Origin: Octopus sinensis
Lineage: Eukaryota
Direction of reading: 5' to 3'
Length of the DNA stretch: 64,000 bases
Assembly (NCBI RefSeq): GCF_006345805.1
Contig: NC_042997.1
Location: forward strand, 54,250,001 to 54,314,000
Below are positions 1 through 13,859 of this stretch, one piece after another. The first letter of the stretch is position 1. Each line of letters opens with the position of its first letter. Position numbers and translations under genes: made by a program. The notes beneath the pieces were generated by a model. It was not told the origin of the DNA. It did no database searches and saw only the letters and a list, made by a program, of their open reading frames with translations.

Positions 1-339
1 AATAAGTACTGGGCTTACAAAGAATAAGTCCCGGGGTCGATTTGCTCGACTAAAGGCAGTGCTCCAGCATGGCCACAGTCAAATGACTGAAACAAGTAAA
101 AGAGTAAAGAGACAGATGTATCACTTATTTTGTTGGTAAAACTATAGTTGTTTGAATCAGTTCCAGTATATTATAAAATACTTATTTCATTAACCCTGAG
201 AAAAGGCAAAGTTGACCCCAGAAGAATGTAGGATCAAACTATTTACTATAAAACGTCCATCCTATCATTAATGCCATTTCTATTTCTTTTGATAAAGAAT
301 ATTCAGTTGTTTGATTAACAGAAATACCTCTCATTGAAT

Positions 340-670
340 TATCAGGTTAAGTAGTTGTATATTCCACACATGTGAAGGTACATGACTTAGTACCTTAGAG
401 TATTCAAATCATGATCATAAGGTCATGAGTTCAATTCCTAGTAGTGCATTGTGTCCTAAGGATACTTAGATACTTTATTTCATGTTACTCCAGTTCACTC
501 AACTGGCAAAAAAAAACTGTATTTCAAAGGGCCAGCCTTGTCATATTCTGCATCATGTTGAATCTCCCTGAGAACTATGTTAAGGATATGCATGTCTATG
601 GCATGCTCAGCGACTTGCATGTTAATTTCATGAACAGGATGTTCCATTAATCAGATCACCTGGAACACTT
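340..670 (+). mobile_element. Diverged tRNA-derived SINE
   Basis: Decayed tRNA-like head (catgagttcaattcc, B-box-like) followed by a body I recognise as an octopus SINE; not database-checked. Confidence 0.5.
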
Positions 671-714
671 ATCATAACTAACAGATTGCCAGTTTTTAAA
701 AATTATTTTTAGGC

Positions 715-1035
715 CAAGTGGCTGAATTCCTTTCGAGTGTTGGGCTTCACGGAGGCAATGACCAAGACCTTTGACATTATGTCTTGCTTGAAAAGAAGAC
801 CATCAAGCCAAGCAAAATTGCAGTCATGGCAGATACCAGTGTCACACAAATGGCATCCGTGCTGGTGGCATGTAAAAGCACCCGTTACAGTCTCAGAATA
901 GTTGGTGTTAGGAAGAGCATCAAGCTATAGAAAACTATGCCAAATCAGACTGGAGCCTGGCACAGCCTTCCTGTGTGGCAACCCAGTCAAACCGTCCAAC
1001 CCATACCAGCATGGACAATGGACGTTAAATGATGA
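715..1035 (+). mobile_element. RTE LINE 3' UTR fragment with (GAT)n tail
   Basis: Shares the ...ccaacccataccagcatggacaatggacgttaaatgatgatgat end with the RTE 3' ends at 56.3 and 58.3 kb. Confidence 0.75.
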
Positions 1036-2517
1036 TGATGATTCCACACATATTTATCCCCATAACATAATTCTCAAGCAGACTTAATGTGACACAGTGC
1101 TGCAAGGCCTGTAAAGTACAGATGCAATCCAGCTGATGGGATTCCACAGTCTCATCTACACAGTTTCACTCTCAAGGTATTTTTCAAGTTATTGGCAGAA
1201 GTAAAAAAAGACTTGCTCAAGATGCCTAGCCTGGGATTGAACTCAAGACCTTGTGGTTGTAATAGAAGTCATTCCAATAATCCACTGTGTCAGTGTATTT
1301 GTGCATGCACTTATGAGTTCTAGTAATGTTAACACGTCATGAAACGTAGGCACATAGAAGCTGTAGTGATACTACTGTAGATTTTGTATCCATATAGATT
1401 AACTGAAGTAAACTAGCTTTGGGATACTTTGGGATACTTTGGGATACTTTCATCATTCTTCAAATCTTACCTCTGAGAAGAGTTGAATTACACACTGCAA
1501 ACTGAGATATCTGTCAATTTCCCTTTTGTTTCTGTCATGTTGTGTTTATTAACATCTGGATGGGCTATTCTCTTTGAGAGTTAATACCATGTGATAGACA
1601 CAATAAAGTGTTAGTAATAGAATACAAAGTCTAAGTTCTCTGTTGGTCCTTTGGTCACATGGTATCTCAAAAAAAAAAAAAAAAACCCATAATTAAGTTG
1701 TGTCATCAAAAAATCAAATTAATGGAACCTATCTTTCACCACATTATGTCTGCGGTCTGATATTACAGTTATGGGAAGCAATTAAAAATTGAAAGGAAGC
1801 AACTCAAGTGTGAATCCAACTGGTATTGCAGTTTCTGCTTACCATGAGTCTTATCATAACAATACAGATCTTGCACCTGCAGCAAAGTACAGTTCTAATA
1901 TTCTGTAACCCTTACTTAATTTGTTAACCATTTTGCATTTCCTTTCTAATTATAGTAAGGTTGGGTTGTTATACAAAATTACACATGTTAGCATTGATTT
2001 TAGAATAGTTCTTCCTGTCTTCTATTTTCATCATCTTTCTAAGCCCTCTTCATTTTCTTTTTTCCTCTTCCACCTCCACCTTTTCTTCCTCCACCTCTCC
2101 CTCTTCCTCTGCCTTCATTTCCTCTGCCTCTTCCTCCTCCTCAACTTCCTTATCCTTTCTTCTTTCTCTCTTCCCCAGTCTTCGTTCATATTCACATTTG
2201 TGAATGCATGTTAATATAATGCATAGTAACTTTGGCAGTGTTTTGTATACCAAATCTGTGCCCTTTATATGGCTAATTGCTCCTCTAAACCAATTCTAAT
2301 TGAAATATGTAAGGGCATAAAGAGAATATTGTTAGTAAATATAGGTGCAGGTGTGGCTATGTGGTAAGAAGTTTGCTTCCCAACCACATGGTTCCAGGTT
2401 CTGTTCCACTGTATGGTACTTTAGCTAAATGTCTTCTACTAAAGCCTTGGGCTAACTAAAGTATTGTGCATGGATTTCAGTATCATGGATTTACTCATTT
2501 CAGTCATGTGGCTGTAG

Positions 2518-2830
2518 TCATCATCATCATCATCATCATCATTTAACGTTTGCTTTCCATGATGGCATGGGTTGGACAGTTTGACAGGAGCTGGCTAGGC
2601 AGAGGACTGCACACTGTTTTTACTGAATGATTTTTACTGCCCTTCCTAACACTAACTACTCTACAAAGAGGACTGAGTGCTTTTTTACATGGCACCAGCA
2701 CTGGCAGGGTCACCAAGTATCTTGCAAGACAAAGATCTTTTGAGAGGGGATGTGACATTGGAGGAGGTGATCTTGTGCCAGATGATGAAAAGTTACAGTG
2801 TGACAAAGAGACAGAAACAGGTATCTTGCT
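2518..2830 (-). mobile_element. RTE 3' UTR fragment with (CAT)n tail on the + strand
   Basis: catcatcat...tttaacgtttgctttccatgatggcatgggttggacag, same family as 56320-56700. Confidence 0.7.
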
Positions 2831-3077
2831 GTAGAGGAGATACATGGTTATCTAGTCAGAGAGAAAGAGAGAAAGGAGTAATAACGATTCAGGCCAATAA
2901 TAATTTGTTGCTGTGGAGGAGGAGATACATAGTTAATCAGTCTGAGGATAGAGCAAGAGGAAAAGAGACACTGGAATATATTTAATTTTCTTACACAAGA
3001 ATGTTGTTGACAGTGACTTCAGTGTTTTGGCCAGCACAACCAGCACAGCCAGTTCAGCCAGCATCAGACGATGGCCT

Positions 3078-5480
3078 AGACATCTTCAGTGTTTATTGCC
3101 CCTGTACATCTGCCTCACACTAAAACTATCTTCCCTGTTAACCTTCTTTTGATATTGCTGCACCTCTTATGTGTCCAAAGCTTACACTGGGTACATCTTA
3201 TAGAGTTTCTACCTACGCCTTTTCTACAGATAGAGCAGGGCCATCTACCTGAAGGGATTTGTGGTTTGCCTGCCTTCCTACTTATTAGGACTTTGGTTTT
3301 AGCTAGGTTGACTCTTAGGCCCTTCGATTCTAATCCTTGCTTCCACACCTGAAACTTCTCCTCTAGTTCTGATAATGACCCAGCAATTAGAGCAAGGTCA
3401 TCAGCATAGAGGAGTTCCTAGAGGTATCCTGTCTTGAATTCCTCTGTTATTGCCTGGAGGACTATGATAAATAGGAGGGGGCTGAGGACTGATCCTTGGT
3501 GAACCCTTACTTCTACCCAGAATTCTTCACTATACTTGCCAACCCTCACCTTACTGACAACATCCCTGTACATATCTTGTACAGCTCTCACTAACCACTC
3601 ATCTATCCCTAGTTTCTGCATTGATCACCACATAAGTGATCAGAGGACCCTGTCAAAGGCTTTCTCCATGTCCACAAAAGCGGAGTACAGAGGTTTATCT
3701 TTGGCTAGGTATTTCTCCTGCAGCTGTCTCACCAGAAATATAGCATTAGTGGTGCTTTTCCCTGGCACGAACCCAAACTGCATCTCATCTAAACTAATTC
3801 TCTACCTAATTAGTTCCAACAATTTGATACCTCTGTAATTATTCCTATCTAATGCATCACCATTACCTTTGATGCAGTTGACTATGGTGCTGCTACACCA
3901 GTCATTGGGTATGACTCCTTCATCTATCACCTGGTTGACTATATGGGTGACTAGACTTTACCCGATACCGCCAGATATTTTAAGCTTCTCAGCAGTGATT
4001 CCTGATGGGCCAGGGGCTTTCCCTGTCTTCATACCCTTTATTGCTTAATCTACCAAGGTACTGCCAATTTGAATAGTTGTTCCCTCTGTTTCTCCCATTC
4101 ATTCTCTTCATTTAGTAATCTTTCATAATGGTGTCTCCAAGTCTCTCTCTTTGCAGCATCATTAAATGCAAGTGAACCATCATCCATGTGGACACATCTC
4201 TCTCCTACGACATCATGATTCTCACAATGCAGAACATTGAGAAATTTTTTTACCTGCTTCCTCCCTGGTTAAATAAACCTGTCTCCTAGCTTCCCTTCTG
4301 GTGATCTGATACAGTTCCCTGCTACCACCACACTTCCGGTCCTTCCATGCCTGTTTCTTTTCCTTAATGGCCCTGTCAACTACATTGTTCTACCACCATG
4401 TTACCTTAGGTCAAGAGTGGACTTTGCACCAGCCACAGATCTGGTCAGTAGCCATCAGCAGGTTGTCCCATAGGAATCTCCAGTTGTACTCCACATTATG
4501 TGATGCTATATCTTCCTCATTTTTGTCAAAAGTTTCAAGTAATACATCTCTAAATCTCTGTCCATTCAGAGGATCCTTATGCTTCCAGACCATTCTTTTC
4601 TCTGCTGGTCATCTTCTGGGCAGCCATTTAGCCCTGATCCTGAAGCTGCTAACTACTAACCTATGCTGTAGGGTGCATTCTTCACCTGGGAAAGTTTTGG
4701 CATTTATAAGTTGCCATATTTCCCGTTTCCTGGCAAGGATGTTGTCAATCTGACTAGTGTGTCCACCAGATTGGTAAGTAAACAGGTGACTGGCAGGTTT
4801 CCTGGAGTTAGTATTACAGATCATAAGATCATTTGCATCACAGCATTCCAACAGCCTGGTTCCCTCCTCATTGCAGGAACCAAATCCATTGCCACCATGT
4901 ACACCGTGGAAGCTCCCTGGATGTTGTCCAACATGCCCATTGAAGTCGCCAGCCACAAAGAGAAGGTCCCTGTCATTTGTCGACGAGGTAGTCTGCAAGA
5001 ATGTGTCATAAAATCAGTCTTTATGCTCATCAGGTCACCCTAGCTGAGGGGCATAGGCCGAAATAATGTTTGCTAATCCATGTTGCAGCACTAGTCTAAG
5101 CTTAAATTTTCTATCACAGACTCTGGCGACCTTGATTACCTTTTCGACCCATTTCTCCACAAGGAGTATACTGACGCCCCCACCCCTCAGTGTTCCCTAC
5201 CCAGAAAATCTTATATCTATGTTCTTTTCCTGTGAGAAACCTAACAGAATTTCCTCTCTACCTTACTTTTTGGATGCAGCACAAATCTACACATCTCTGT
5301 TCAAGCATCTCAACAATCTCACCAGACCTACCTTTCAATGTGCCAACTCTGAGGGTGTGGAAGGTGTGGGCCAGTAAGCCTCTGGGATGAGGGACAGCAG
5401 CATTATGCATCTGAAAAGAAAGCTTACATTTGGCAGATCTTGTAAACATACAAATAGCCTTCAACCTACATACAATACAC
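3078..5480 (-). mobile_element. Decayed RTE-clade LINE: APE endonuclease, reverse transcriptase and PHD finger, with stops and frameshifts
   Basis: ORF pieces LRVGTLKGRSGEIV, AGDFNGHVG, SQIDNIL (APE); HQGSVLSPLLFIIV and YADD (RT); [28 protein letters not shown] (PHD). Confidence 0.93.
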
Positions 5481-5721
5481 CATCGTTTTATTCACTACAT
5501 AATCACTACATTCAACAAAAATAAATTTGTACTCTACAAAAAGAATAGGATAACCAGTGTTGATTTGTTTATATTCCTATGGTTTGGCAATAAGGACCAG
5601 TTAGTACCAGACTTAAAAGATAAGTACCAGGTTGATTCGTTCAACTAAACCTGCATGGCCACAGTCTGATGACTAAAACATGTAAAAATAGATAGAAATA
5701 TATATATCTGTGTGTGTGGGG

Positions 5722-6005
5722 GGGCAGGCACAATGGCCCAGTGGTTAGGGCAGCGGACTCGCGGTCGTAGGATCGCAATTTCGATTCCCAGACCAGGCGT
5801 TGTCAGTGTTTATTGAGCAAAAACACCTAAAAGCTCCACGAGGCTCCGGCAGGGGGTGGTGATCCCTGCTGTACTCTTTCCCACTCTTTCTTCTGTTGGC
5901 CTGCTCACTTAGCCAGTGGGGTGGCGTTGTTCGAAGGCTAAAACAATGCAAACGCATTGTGACCAGCGATGTGTAGCAACATCTGATGGTCTGGTTGGTC
6001 ACGTG
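5722..6005 (+). mobile_element. tRNA-derived SINE (distinct family)
   Basis: A-box-like tggcccagtggtt and B-box-like ttcgattcc, followed by a GC-rich non-tRNA body. Confidence 0.7.
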
Positions 6006-7117
6006 TTATGTTTTATATATATATATGTAACAGTTTTTTACTCTGCTCAAGAAAATGTTTTATAACAACACATGGGTATTAATCAATTAAATTCTTCCAG
6101 TTCTCAGAAAAGAGGAACACAAAGTCAACCACTGCAGGATTTGAAATCAGGAAAGTGAAGTGTTATGGCAAAATAGTACTGCTCTTCTATCTCTGCTATA
6201 GTTATCACCATTTGGTTATGAAATAGTTAAAATATTGCTAATCTCTCAAGAAATAATAATCATAATGGAAGGTCTTGTAATTTTCTATAATAAGAACCTA
6301 TGGTAAAAATGATAAAATGGTTTAAACAATATCTTATATGTAAGTGAACCAAGCCTGTCTACACATGACTTGAAATCAAAAATAGACTTCAATAAAAGCC
6401 TTATTAACTGTGTCTTTCTCTCTTATGTTATAATTCTATTCTGTTTGATTCTGTTAAAATCTAAACCAGGATAAAATAGAGATAAGAAAATATTACATAT
6501 TAATACACTTTTCTGTTTCATTTTGTCCTCAATCCATGCTTTGTTCTTATTAGGGTGTGTCTTGGTAATTTAGCTTTTAAAATGTTACTTTTTGTCCTTT
6601 CTTGTTTACTTAAAAATTACCCATTTTAGAGGCTGAGTGATTTCTCCAGTGATGCTTCACTTCCATGATAATAAATCCTTGATATATTACCAAAGAATGG
6701 CAATGTGGTCTGACTTGCAGACAAGATTTACTGCTTATGTTTTTGTCTCTGTTATCCATTCAGTAAACAAAATAAATTTGTTTCATTAATTTTGGTGGAG
6801 ACTTTTCCTAGCATAACAATTGTTGCAGAAAATTAGTATTGAGCTTTTTATCATTATACCACAATAGAGGAACTGTTATTTAGTACTGAAGAACACACAG
6901 TGCTTTACTCCAGTTTTTTTATACAGTGCATTCCAGTTAAACATTATCTTTGTTGTTTCTTTAGGAACAAGAAGTAACTTCATTTTTTTATACTTATGTA
7001 ATTGTAACTGTTAGATCTGATCTTACACCATAAAATTTAAACTAGGCTCAGAACCATCCCATTAGCTTAAAAGGTTGACTTCTTACTCTAGATTTTGTTG
7101 TAAAATAAGATAAACAA

Positions 7118-7313
7118 AGGGGTGTTGAAAAGTTCCTAGCTTTAAGGGTATTGTGAAAGGCCTGACTAGAGGCTCAGCCTTCCAAGTTCTTTTACAGGGC
7201 TTAGAAAACTGAAGGATCACTGCAATAAGTATGTGAATCTGACAGGGGAATATATTGAATGAAATTATGATTATTTGATCCTCCTCTATTTTCTTTTACC
7301 CAAAGCCAGAAAC
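7118..7313. mobile_element. Mariner-derived non-autonomous element (partial TIRs)
   Basis: ggggtgttgaaaagttcctagcttt at the left end with the partial inverse aaagccagaaac at the right end; internal ggggaatatattgaatga resembles a mariner transposase C-terminus (GEYIE*). Confidence 0.55.
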
Positions 7314-7485
7314 CAAGTATTACAGGGCCAAGTGCATTGATTTTCCTGGAGCCCTATAAAGCTGCTAAGACAGTCCTGCAAATGCACATACACATGCACA
7401 CACACATAAGAGAGAAAATGTTTCTTCTTGGAGATTTGCTTATTGCTGACATTTTCAGACCTGATTTTTAACAGCTAACCCATTT

Positions 7486-7711
7486 CTTTACTACCCACAA
7501 GGGGCTAAACACAGAGGGGACGAACAAGGACAGACACACGTATTAAGTCGATTATATCAACCCCAATGTGTCACTGGTACTTATTTAATTGACCCCGAAA
7601 GGATGAAAGGCAAAGTCGACCTCGGCGGAATTTGAACTCAGAACGTAACGGCAGAGGAAATACGGCTAAGCATTTCGCCCGACGTGCTAACGTTTCTGCC
7701 AGCTCGCCACC
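7486..7711 (-). mobile_element. tRNA-derived SINE family B with a diverged ~19-bp TSD
   Basis: Reverse complement of 16990-17220; flanked by ttttaacagctaaccc and ttttaatagctaacc. Confidence 0.85.
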
Positions 7712-8037
7712 TTTTTAATAGCTAACCATTTTGCTTTAGATCCTCTGCGATAAATACTTCATTGATTTTACTTAGTTTCTTAATTTTATTCATCATTTGA
7801 GCATATACAAAGAAATTTATTTCTATATCGAGAACATCCTAACATTTGAGATATGGTCTTGTCATAGAGACTGTTGTTATTGTGAAGTATTGTCATAAAA
7901 TTATAGTCTATTGCTCAACAATTTCTAGAAATTTTCTCATTAACATTTATAAAAGAGGAGGTATAGTTGACTGAATCAACTCTAGGATATTTTTATAATG
8001 AGAAAATTTCCCAATGGCATCCTCTGTGTGAAAAACA

Positions 8038-8430
8038 AGTGGCTGTGTGGTAAGTAGCTTGCTAACCAACCACATGGTTCTGGGTTCACTCCCACTGCGT
8101 GGCATCTTGGGCAAGTGTCTTCTGCTATAGCCCCGGGCCGACCAATGCCTTGTGAGTGGATTTGGTAGATGGAAACTGAAAGAAGCCTATCGTATATATG
8201 TATATATATGTATGTGTGTGTGTTTGTGTGTGTGTGTTTGTCCCCCTAGCATTGCTTGACAACCGATGCTGGTGTTTACGTCCCCGTCACTTAGCGGTTC
8301 GGCAAAAGAGACCGATAGAATAAGTACTGGGCTTACAAAGAATAAGTCCTGGGGTCGATTTGCTCGACTAAAGGTGGTGCTCCAGCATGGCCGCAGTCAG
8401 ATGACTGAAACAAGTAAAAGAGTAAAAGAG
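8038..8430 (+). mobile_element. tRNA-derived SINE family A, full length (head, internal TA/TG microsatellite, gtaaaaga tail)
   Basis: Near-identical inverse copy at 42310-42735. Further copies or pieces at 1-110, 2345-2470, 5545-5690, 9085-9470, 36640-36910 and 55020-55390. Confidence 0.88.
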
Positions 8431-10829
8431 TTAAGTGAAGGCAAACTTCCTCAGTGTATTGAGCCAAATAAGTAAAATAAATAAATAAATAAAATTACGT
8501 TCTTAATGAAAAGAGACATCATTTGCATTAATGATGACTCTTGGCAGTGAGCTGACAGAATCGTTAGCACAACTAACAAAATGCTTAGCACTATTTCGTC
8601 CATCTTCCCAATCTGAGTTCAAATTCTGTCAAGGTCAACTTTGCCTTTCATATTTTTGGGGTCGATGAAATAAGTACCAGTTAAGTTCTAAGGTCTATGT
8701 AATTGACTTTCCCCTTCCCCTGAAATTTCAGGCCTTGTGCCTCTTTGTAGAAAGGATTACTTATGACTATTATCAATAAGAGCAAGGGAGACAACTCCAA
8801 ATTAAATAAAGCTGTACAGCAGGGAGTCAATTTGATCTTTGGTAGATGTATTGACAACTCCAGGGTTGTTTCAGTAAAATTAGACCGCCTCACAAAGCAT
8901 AGACTTATCTGTGTTGGGTGTTTTATTCTTTTGCCATATTTCGTGTCTCACCATTGAGTCTCATTTGTTGTACAGTAATTATATCATTGAAGTTACTATT
9001 GAATACCGTACGTTTATTGATACGGTTCTCAAAAGAATTCTTGATATAGCTTTTTGTTAATAAAATTCTTCAATCTTCTTTTTAACGGGCATGGTTGTGT
9101 GGTTAAAAGGTTCATTTCACATCAACTTGGTTTCATGTTCAACCTTACTGTATATCACCTTGAGCAAATGACTTTTTCTATCACCTCTGATCTAGCAAAG
9201 CCTTGTGAGTGGATTTGGTAGACAGAAACTGAAAGAAGTCTTGCACACACACACACAATTATGTGTGTCTCTGTGTTTGTTCCCCACCACGACCACTTGA
9301 CAACTGCTGTTTGTTTATGTTCCAATAACTTAGTGGCTCAGTAAAGGAGGCTGATAGAACAAGTATCAGGCTTAAGAAAAAAAAAGTACTGATGTTGATT
9401 TGTTCAAATAAATCCTTCAAGGCAGTGCTCTAACATGGCTGTAGTCCAAAGACTGAAACAAGTAAGAAGTAAAAGGCAAAAAGTTCTAGATCATATCTTC
9501 TGCTCTATTGATAAATATTTTCCAATATTTACTAGTTCTGGTCGCAATTCTGATTTCTTTGAGTCTCTTTTGAAGTTGCTTTTCGATTACCATTAATTGA
9601 AAAGAGACTTCTGTTGTTCACGACTTTTAACTGAAGGCTCACCAAATAATGGCAATATTTCTGTCAAGAATTGCAACCAAATGTGAAAAACCAATGGAAA
9701 CTTAGATTCAAACAGATCAATTGCCATCACCACCACCACTGCCACCATAAGCGCTACTACCACTAACTTTACTATAATTTTTATATGCTTAGAGCTTTTT
9801 CAGTTTCCTATATAGGTCTCAGTTTTCTTCGATCTTTTATCCTTTCAGATTTTATTGATATTATGAGGAAAGGAAAATTATTTAATTGGGCATATATTCT
9901 TTATATGATTAGCTTCAAATTCTGGCACATGAACAGCAATTTTGAAGACCTCAGTTTTCAACTGGTACTTACTTTATCAACCCCAAAAGGATGAATAGCA
10001 AAGTCAACGTCAGCAGAATTTGAACTCAGAACATAAAGACAGATAAAATGTCACTAAGCATTTTGCCCAGCATACTAACGATTCTGCCAGCTCACTGCCT
10101 TTATTCTTTATATAATTATTAATTAGTATGAATTGTAAACTTGGTGATTTGATATTATAATCTGTCTACATAGAAAACCCAGTCTCATGAGATTTTATTT
10201 TGAGCATCCTCTAGTTTTGGTTCTCAGTGGTTTCGCATTTATTTTCATATATATATTTACATACTTCCTAATGAACTTTCCTTCCCACATATCATGTGTT
10301 GTGTGTGTGTGTGCGTTTTGTAATTTCTTTGGTTATTAAAAATAGTGACAGTAGAGGTTTACATGGAAGATGCTTAGTTGTGATGTTAAAACCTTTCCAA
10401 TTTTCACCTCAAGATTCAGATCACCCTTACCTCTGGGTAAATATTCTCTTCCTATCCTATCTTATAGGAGATGCTGCTATAGATTTAATCTATTTAGCGT
10501 CATCATAACTTCTTTTTACTCAAGTAGAACCTCTTGCTTCTCCTCTCCTCCCCCTTTTGATGGAGAGTAAATGAAACACTACCCATCAGCATTTTCTTTA
10601 TCCCTTCATACAACTACTTTGCAAATATCAAAGAAAAACTGCTTGATTGTTTTTGCTCATTGGTTGGGACTGTTTTTTCCAAAGACAGATTTTCTCATGA
10701 TTTAACTTAGGTCTACAAGTCAAGAACTAGTTGGGTTTATAGAGAAAAGTCTTCATCACCAAAATCTATTGCATCCAAGTAGTTACATCTAATAGTTGTG
10801 TAACCTCAGATCTGTTCTGATTGAGCAGA

Positions 10830-11010
10830 CCTGTTATCAAAAGCCATGATCATAGCATATCTAAGAATACATTAACCAACATGACTTCTCTTTTTAAAGA
10901 TGGAACAAGCTATTTGAGGTGGATTTTGCTGCTATTTTTAGCATGTTGGGTAAACATGTATAGGCTCTCTTTTTGGCTTGACATCTGACAAGCTAGAATG
11001 CTCTGTGCAG
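10830..11010 (-). repeat. Dispersed unclassified repeat family (caacatgctaRaaatagcagc...ctcaaat)
   Basis: Similar diverged copies by eye at about 32020-32200 (+), 38715-38925 (+), 11330-11400 (-), with fragments at 20581 and 20948. Confidence 0.5.
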
Positions 11011-13186
11011 TACTCTTTATCAGCACTACTAGGCCAAAATCTTCAGAATGTGTACATAGTCCTCAACCCAAAAGTCTTTCAGTAGTGGCTGCGCTGTTCT
11101 CTTTTCTATTGTTAGACCAAACCATTTGGAACTTAACTGAGATCATTACTGACACCAACCAGAATAGACTTAGTCTTCCAAGTGCAAAGTCTCTTGTCTA
11201 GTTGTTAGTTTTTAGTCCCTGGTAAACTCTTATTAAACAGATCTTTAACCATACTGTCTTTTTTTTTTTTTTGGTTTTCATTTTTTTTTTGCAAAATATA
11301 CTCTGGATTTCGTTATCTAATGTGTCCTTCATTTTTGCAGGTGTAATTTCAGGGAGATTTGGTTGCTATTTCTTGTTGATTGAGTGGCAACATAGAGACT
11401 TTTTTGTTGACTTGCAAATCTAGTAATCTGTCTTGGTTCATTTTGTATGAATCAGCACTGATCCTAAAACCAATAAAATAATGATCTTCTACATACTATG
11501 TCCATCATAAAATAACAGTATGTAGAAGTAAGCTAACAAGCTGAGACACCTCCCAAAATAAATATAGAAATGAAAATATTACAGGTCAAAAATATGTGAA
11601 AACATGGCTAAGAAATTCACTTTGCAATCACATAGTTCTGGGTTTGATCCTAAAAGCCTTGGTTGATCAATGCCTTATGGGTAAAATTCAGTTGATAAAA
11701 TTGTGCCAAAGCCTATCATATGCATATCTTTTGTTGATGTATATTGGCACAAGATATACTTTTCAATGTTTCTAGAGAAGAAACATGAAAGCCAATGATG
11801 GCCTTGTATACCAGGATAATGGATGTTAGGTGCATCTGAGCTTAAAATTCTTAAGTTTGTGTCTTGCCTAAATGCATTCAAATCAAGAAAGACACACAGA
11901 GAGGTAGGTAGAAAAAGATTACATGAAATGCTTGGCAATAAGAAAGACACTATATGGAAGTAGGATTATTTCAGAAGAAAATGGCTGTAAAGCTGGTACA
12001 AAAGACTAAGAACTGCATCATATGCAGTACAGTAAGCAACCAAAGTACTACTTACTTTAGTGCAAATGATAGCAAAGGAATTTTCTTTGCACTTCGCTAT
12101 GATCACCATAATAATTTTCAGTATGCTAAGGTTAAGAGTTTATTTTATGGCAATAGTTTTAGGTTTTCATGGTATTAGGTGTCTTGTAGTATGAAGCAGG
12201 AAGCACACACATGTTTAAGTTTATCCTTAATTTGACTCTTTGTAGATAATGTAACGTTGTTAGTGAGTACTTGTTTAAAAAGACTGGAAGAGCCCTAACA
12301 GACTGGGCTGTCTCTAAACCTGTGAAAATGTCAGTCAGTGTTTTGGTGCGTTCTGTTTATGAGAAACCAGTTTCTAAGGTGGTATACAAGAGATTAGTTA
12401 CTAGTGTTGCCCTGCTTATCAGATACATTAATAATGTTAAAGTTGAAAGAACCTGCTTTCACTGTGTAGGGTTGTCTTCAATTGTATAGCTATATTATGA
12501 ATAAGATAACATTTAATTGTTTTATGTAGTTTTACTTTTTTTACCATTTGAATAGTGAATTTTCTTATGACCCTCCCCCATCACACACACGCACAGAGTA
12601 TATCTGAAGTATTCTCCCAGTCTGTTGTTGATAGTGTATGCCTCCCGGTCATACATAAACCCTGAAATCTCTCACTGTTACATTTTTACTTCATAATAAC
12701 ATTGCTCTTAAAATCTTCAGACCACCTCCTAAACTTTACCTTTATTTTCCACCAATGCTACTACTATTTTCCAAGTTAAATGTCAATGCACCTAACCAAA
12801 CCTAACCAATTAACCTATTTGTACACCCCAGTGCGTATCTTGTTGATTGTATGATGACTTTAGCATGTTTTTAAATGCTATTTATATGCTTATTAGAAAT
12901 CCTTCCTAATATATGTTAGAAAATATTTATTTCTATACTTTATTGATAATTTTAGTTGTTTATCAATATAGGAACTAAAGTGAACTTCTTTTAGACATCT
13001 GTTTTGTTTTTAAGGACAGGGGTTTGTTTTTATTTTTACTTTTTTCTTTCTCTGAAGCTTATCACTATCATGACCATTGCCACTATCATCATCATCATCA
13101 ACAACATCAGCAGAAACATTTGCAGCATTACTGTTTTGGTTTAATATACACTTCTCTGTACTGTATTTGAGTGAGAGTTTTATATA

Positions 13187-13234
<48 letters not shown>

Positions 13235-13240
13235 TATATA

Positions 13241-13740
13241 CAGAGTGCGGTGAATATATTATCATCTAAATAAAAAAAAATGAAAATAACATTGACATCT
13301 CATTTTAACAGATATATCTATCACAATTGGATAAAAAATATCTTGAAATACTAAAGAGTAAATTTATTCAATAAAATCGCCATTGGCTTCAACCACAGCC
13401 TCCAGATGACTTTGGAATATCGTGCAACTCTTCTGGGCGGTCTTCTTGTTTAAAGTGGTGAATGCTGCCATAATCCTTGCTTTCAGTTCATCTTTGGTAT
13501 TACAAGGAGTTTTGTAGGTCTCTCGCTTAACTGCCTCACACATAATAATCAAGGAGGTTGCAGTCTGGAGACTTAGGTGGCCAGATGTTAGGGCTGATGT
13601 GGTCGCAGAAATTGTCAGACAGCCATGACTGGATTTTCCTGCTTGTGTGGCATGGTGCAGAGTCATGTTGCCAGACATAAGATCTTCCAGCAGTCACCCT
13701 CTTGACCTAGGACAGCACTATCTCCTCCAGGCACTTGATG
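13241..13740 (-). mobile_element. Tc1/mariner DD37D (maT) transposon 3' fragment with TIR, abutting a TA run
   Basis: The - strand reads WQHDSAPCH...WPPKSPDCNLLDY (37 residues between the two Asp) and then ...VVEANGDFIE*. The TIR CAGAGTGC begins at 13241 after TA. Confidence 0.88.
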
Positions 13741-13859
13741 TTGCCTTTCAGCCTTTCAGGGTTGATAGAATAATACCAGTTGAGTACAGGGGCTGATGGA
13801 ATCGACTTATCCCCTCCCCCAAAATTTCAGGCCTTCTGCCAAAATTTGAATTTATTATT

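Noticed and set aside
1421-1450. Three copies of gggatacttt
   Set aside because: A simple 10-bp minisatellite with no spacers; not CRISPR-like.
1843-1876. Possible 34-nt micro-exon on the - strand (tttgctgcag|...CATG|gtaagc), plus donor-like sites at about 1470 and 23256
   Set aside because: The splice signals are good, but no partner exons give a coherent ORF and such pairs occur by chance; RNA-seq would be needed.
2050-2253. Glu/Lys-rich ORF on the - strand
   Set aside because: Low-complexity purine tract with no splice context or domain.
5380-5520. HDV-like ribozyme at the RTE 5' end
   Set aside because: Known for some RTE elements, but this region is AT-rich and I could not build the nested pseudoknot.
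5722-5790. tRNA gene
   Set aside because: A and B boxes are present but it runs into a SINE body with no complete cloverleaf; it is treated as a SINE head. The same applies to the other SINE heads.
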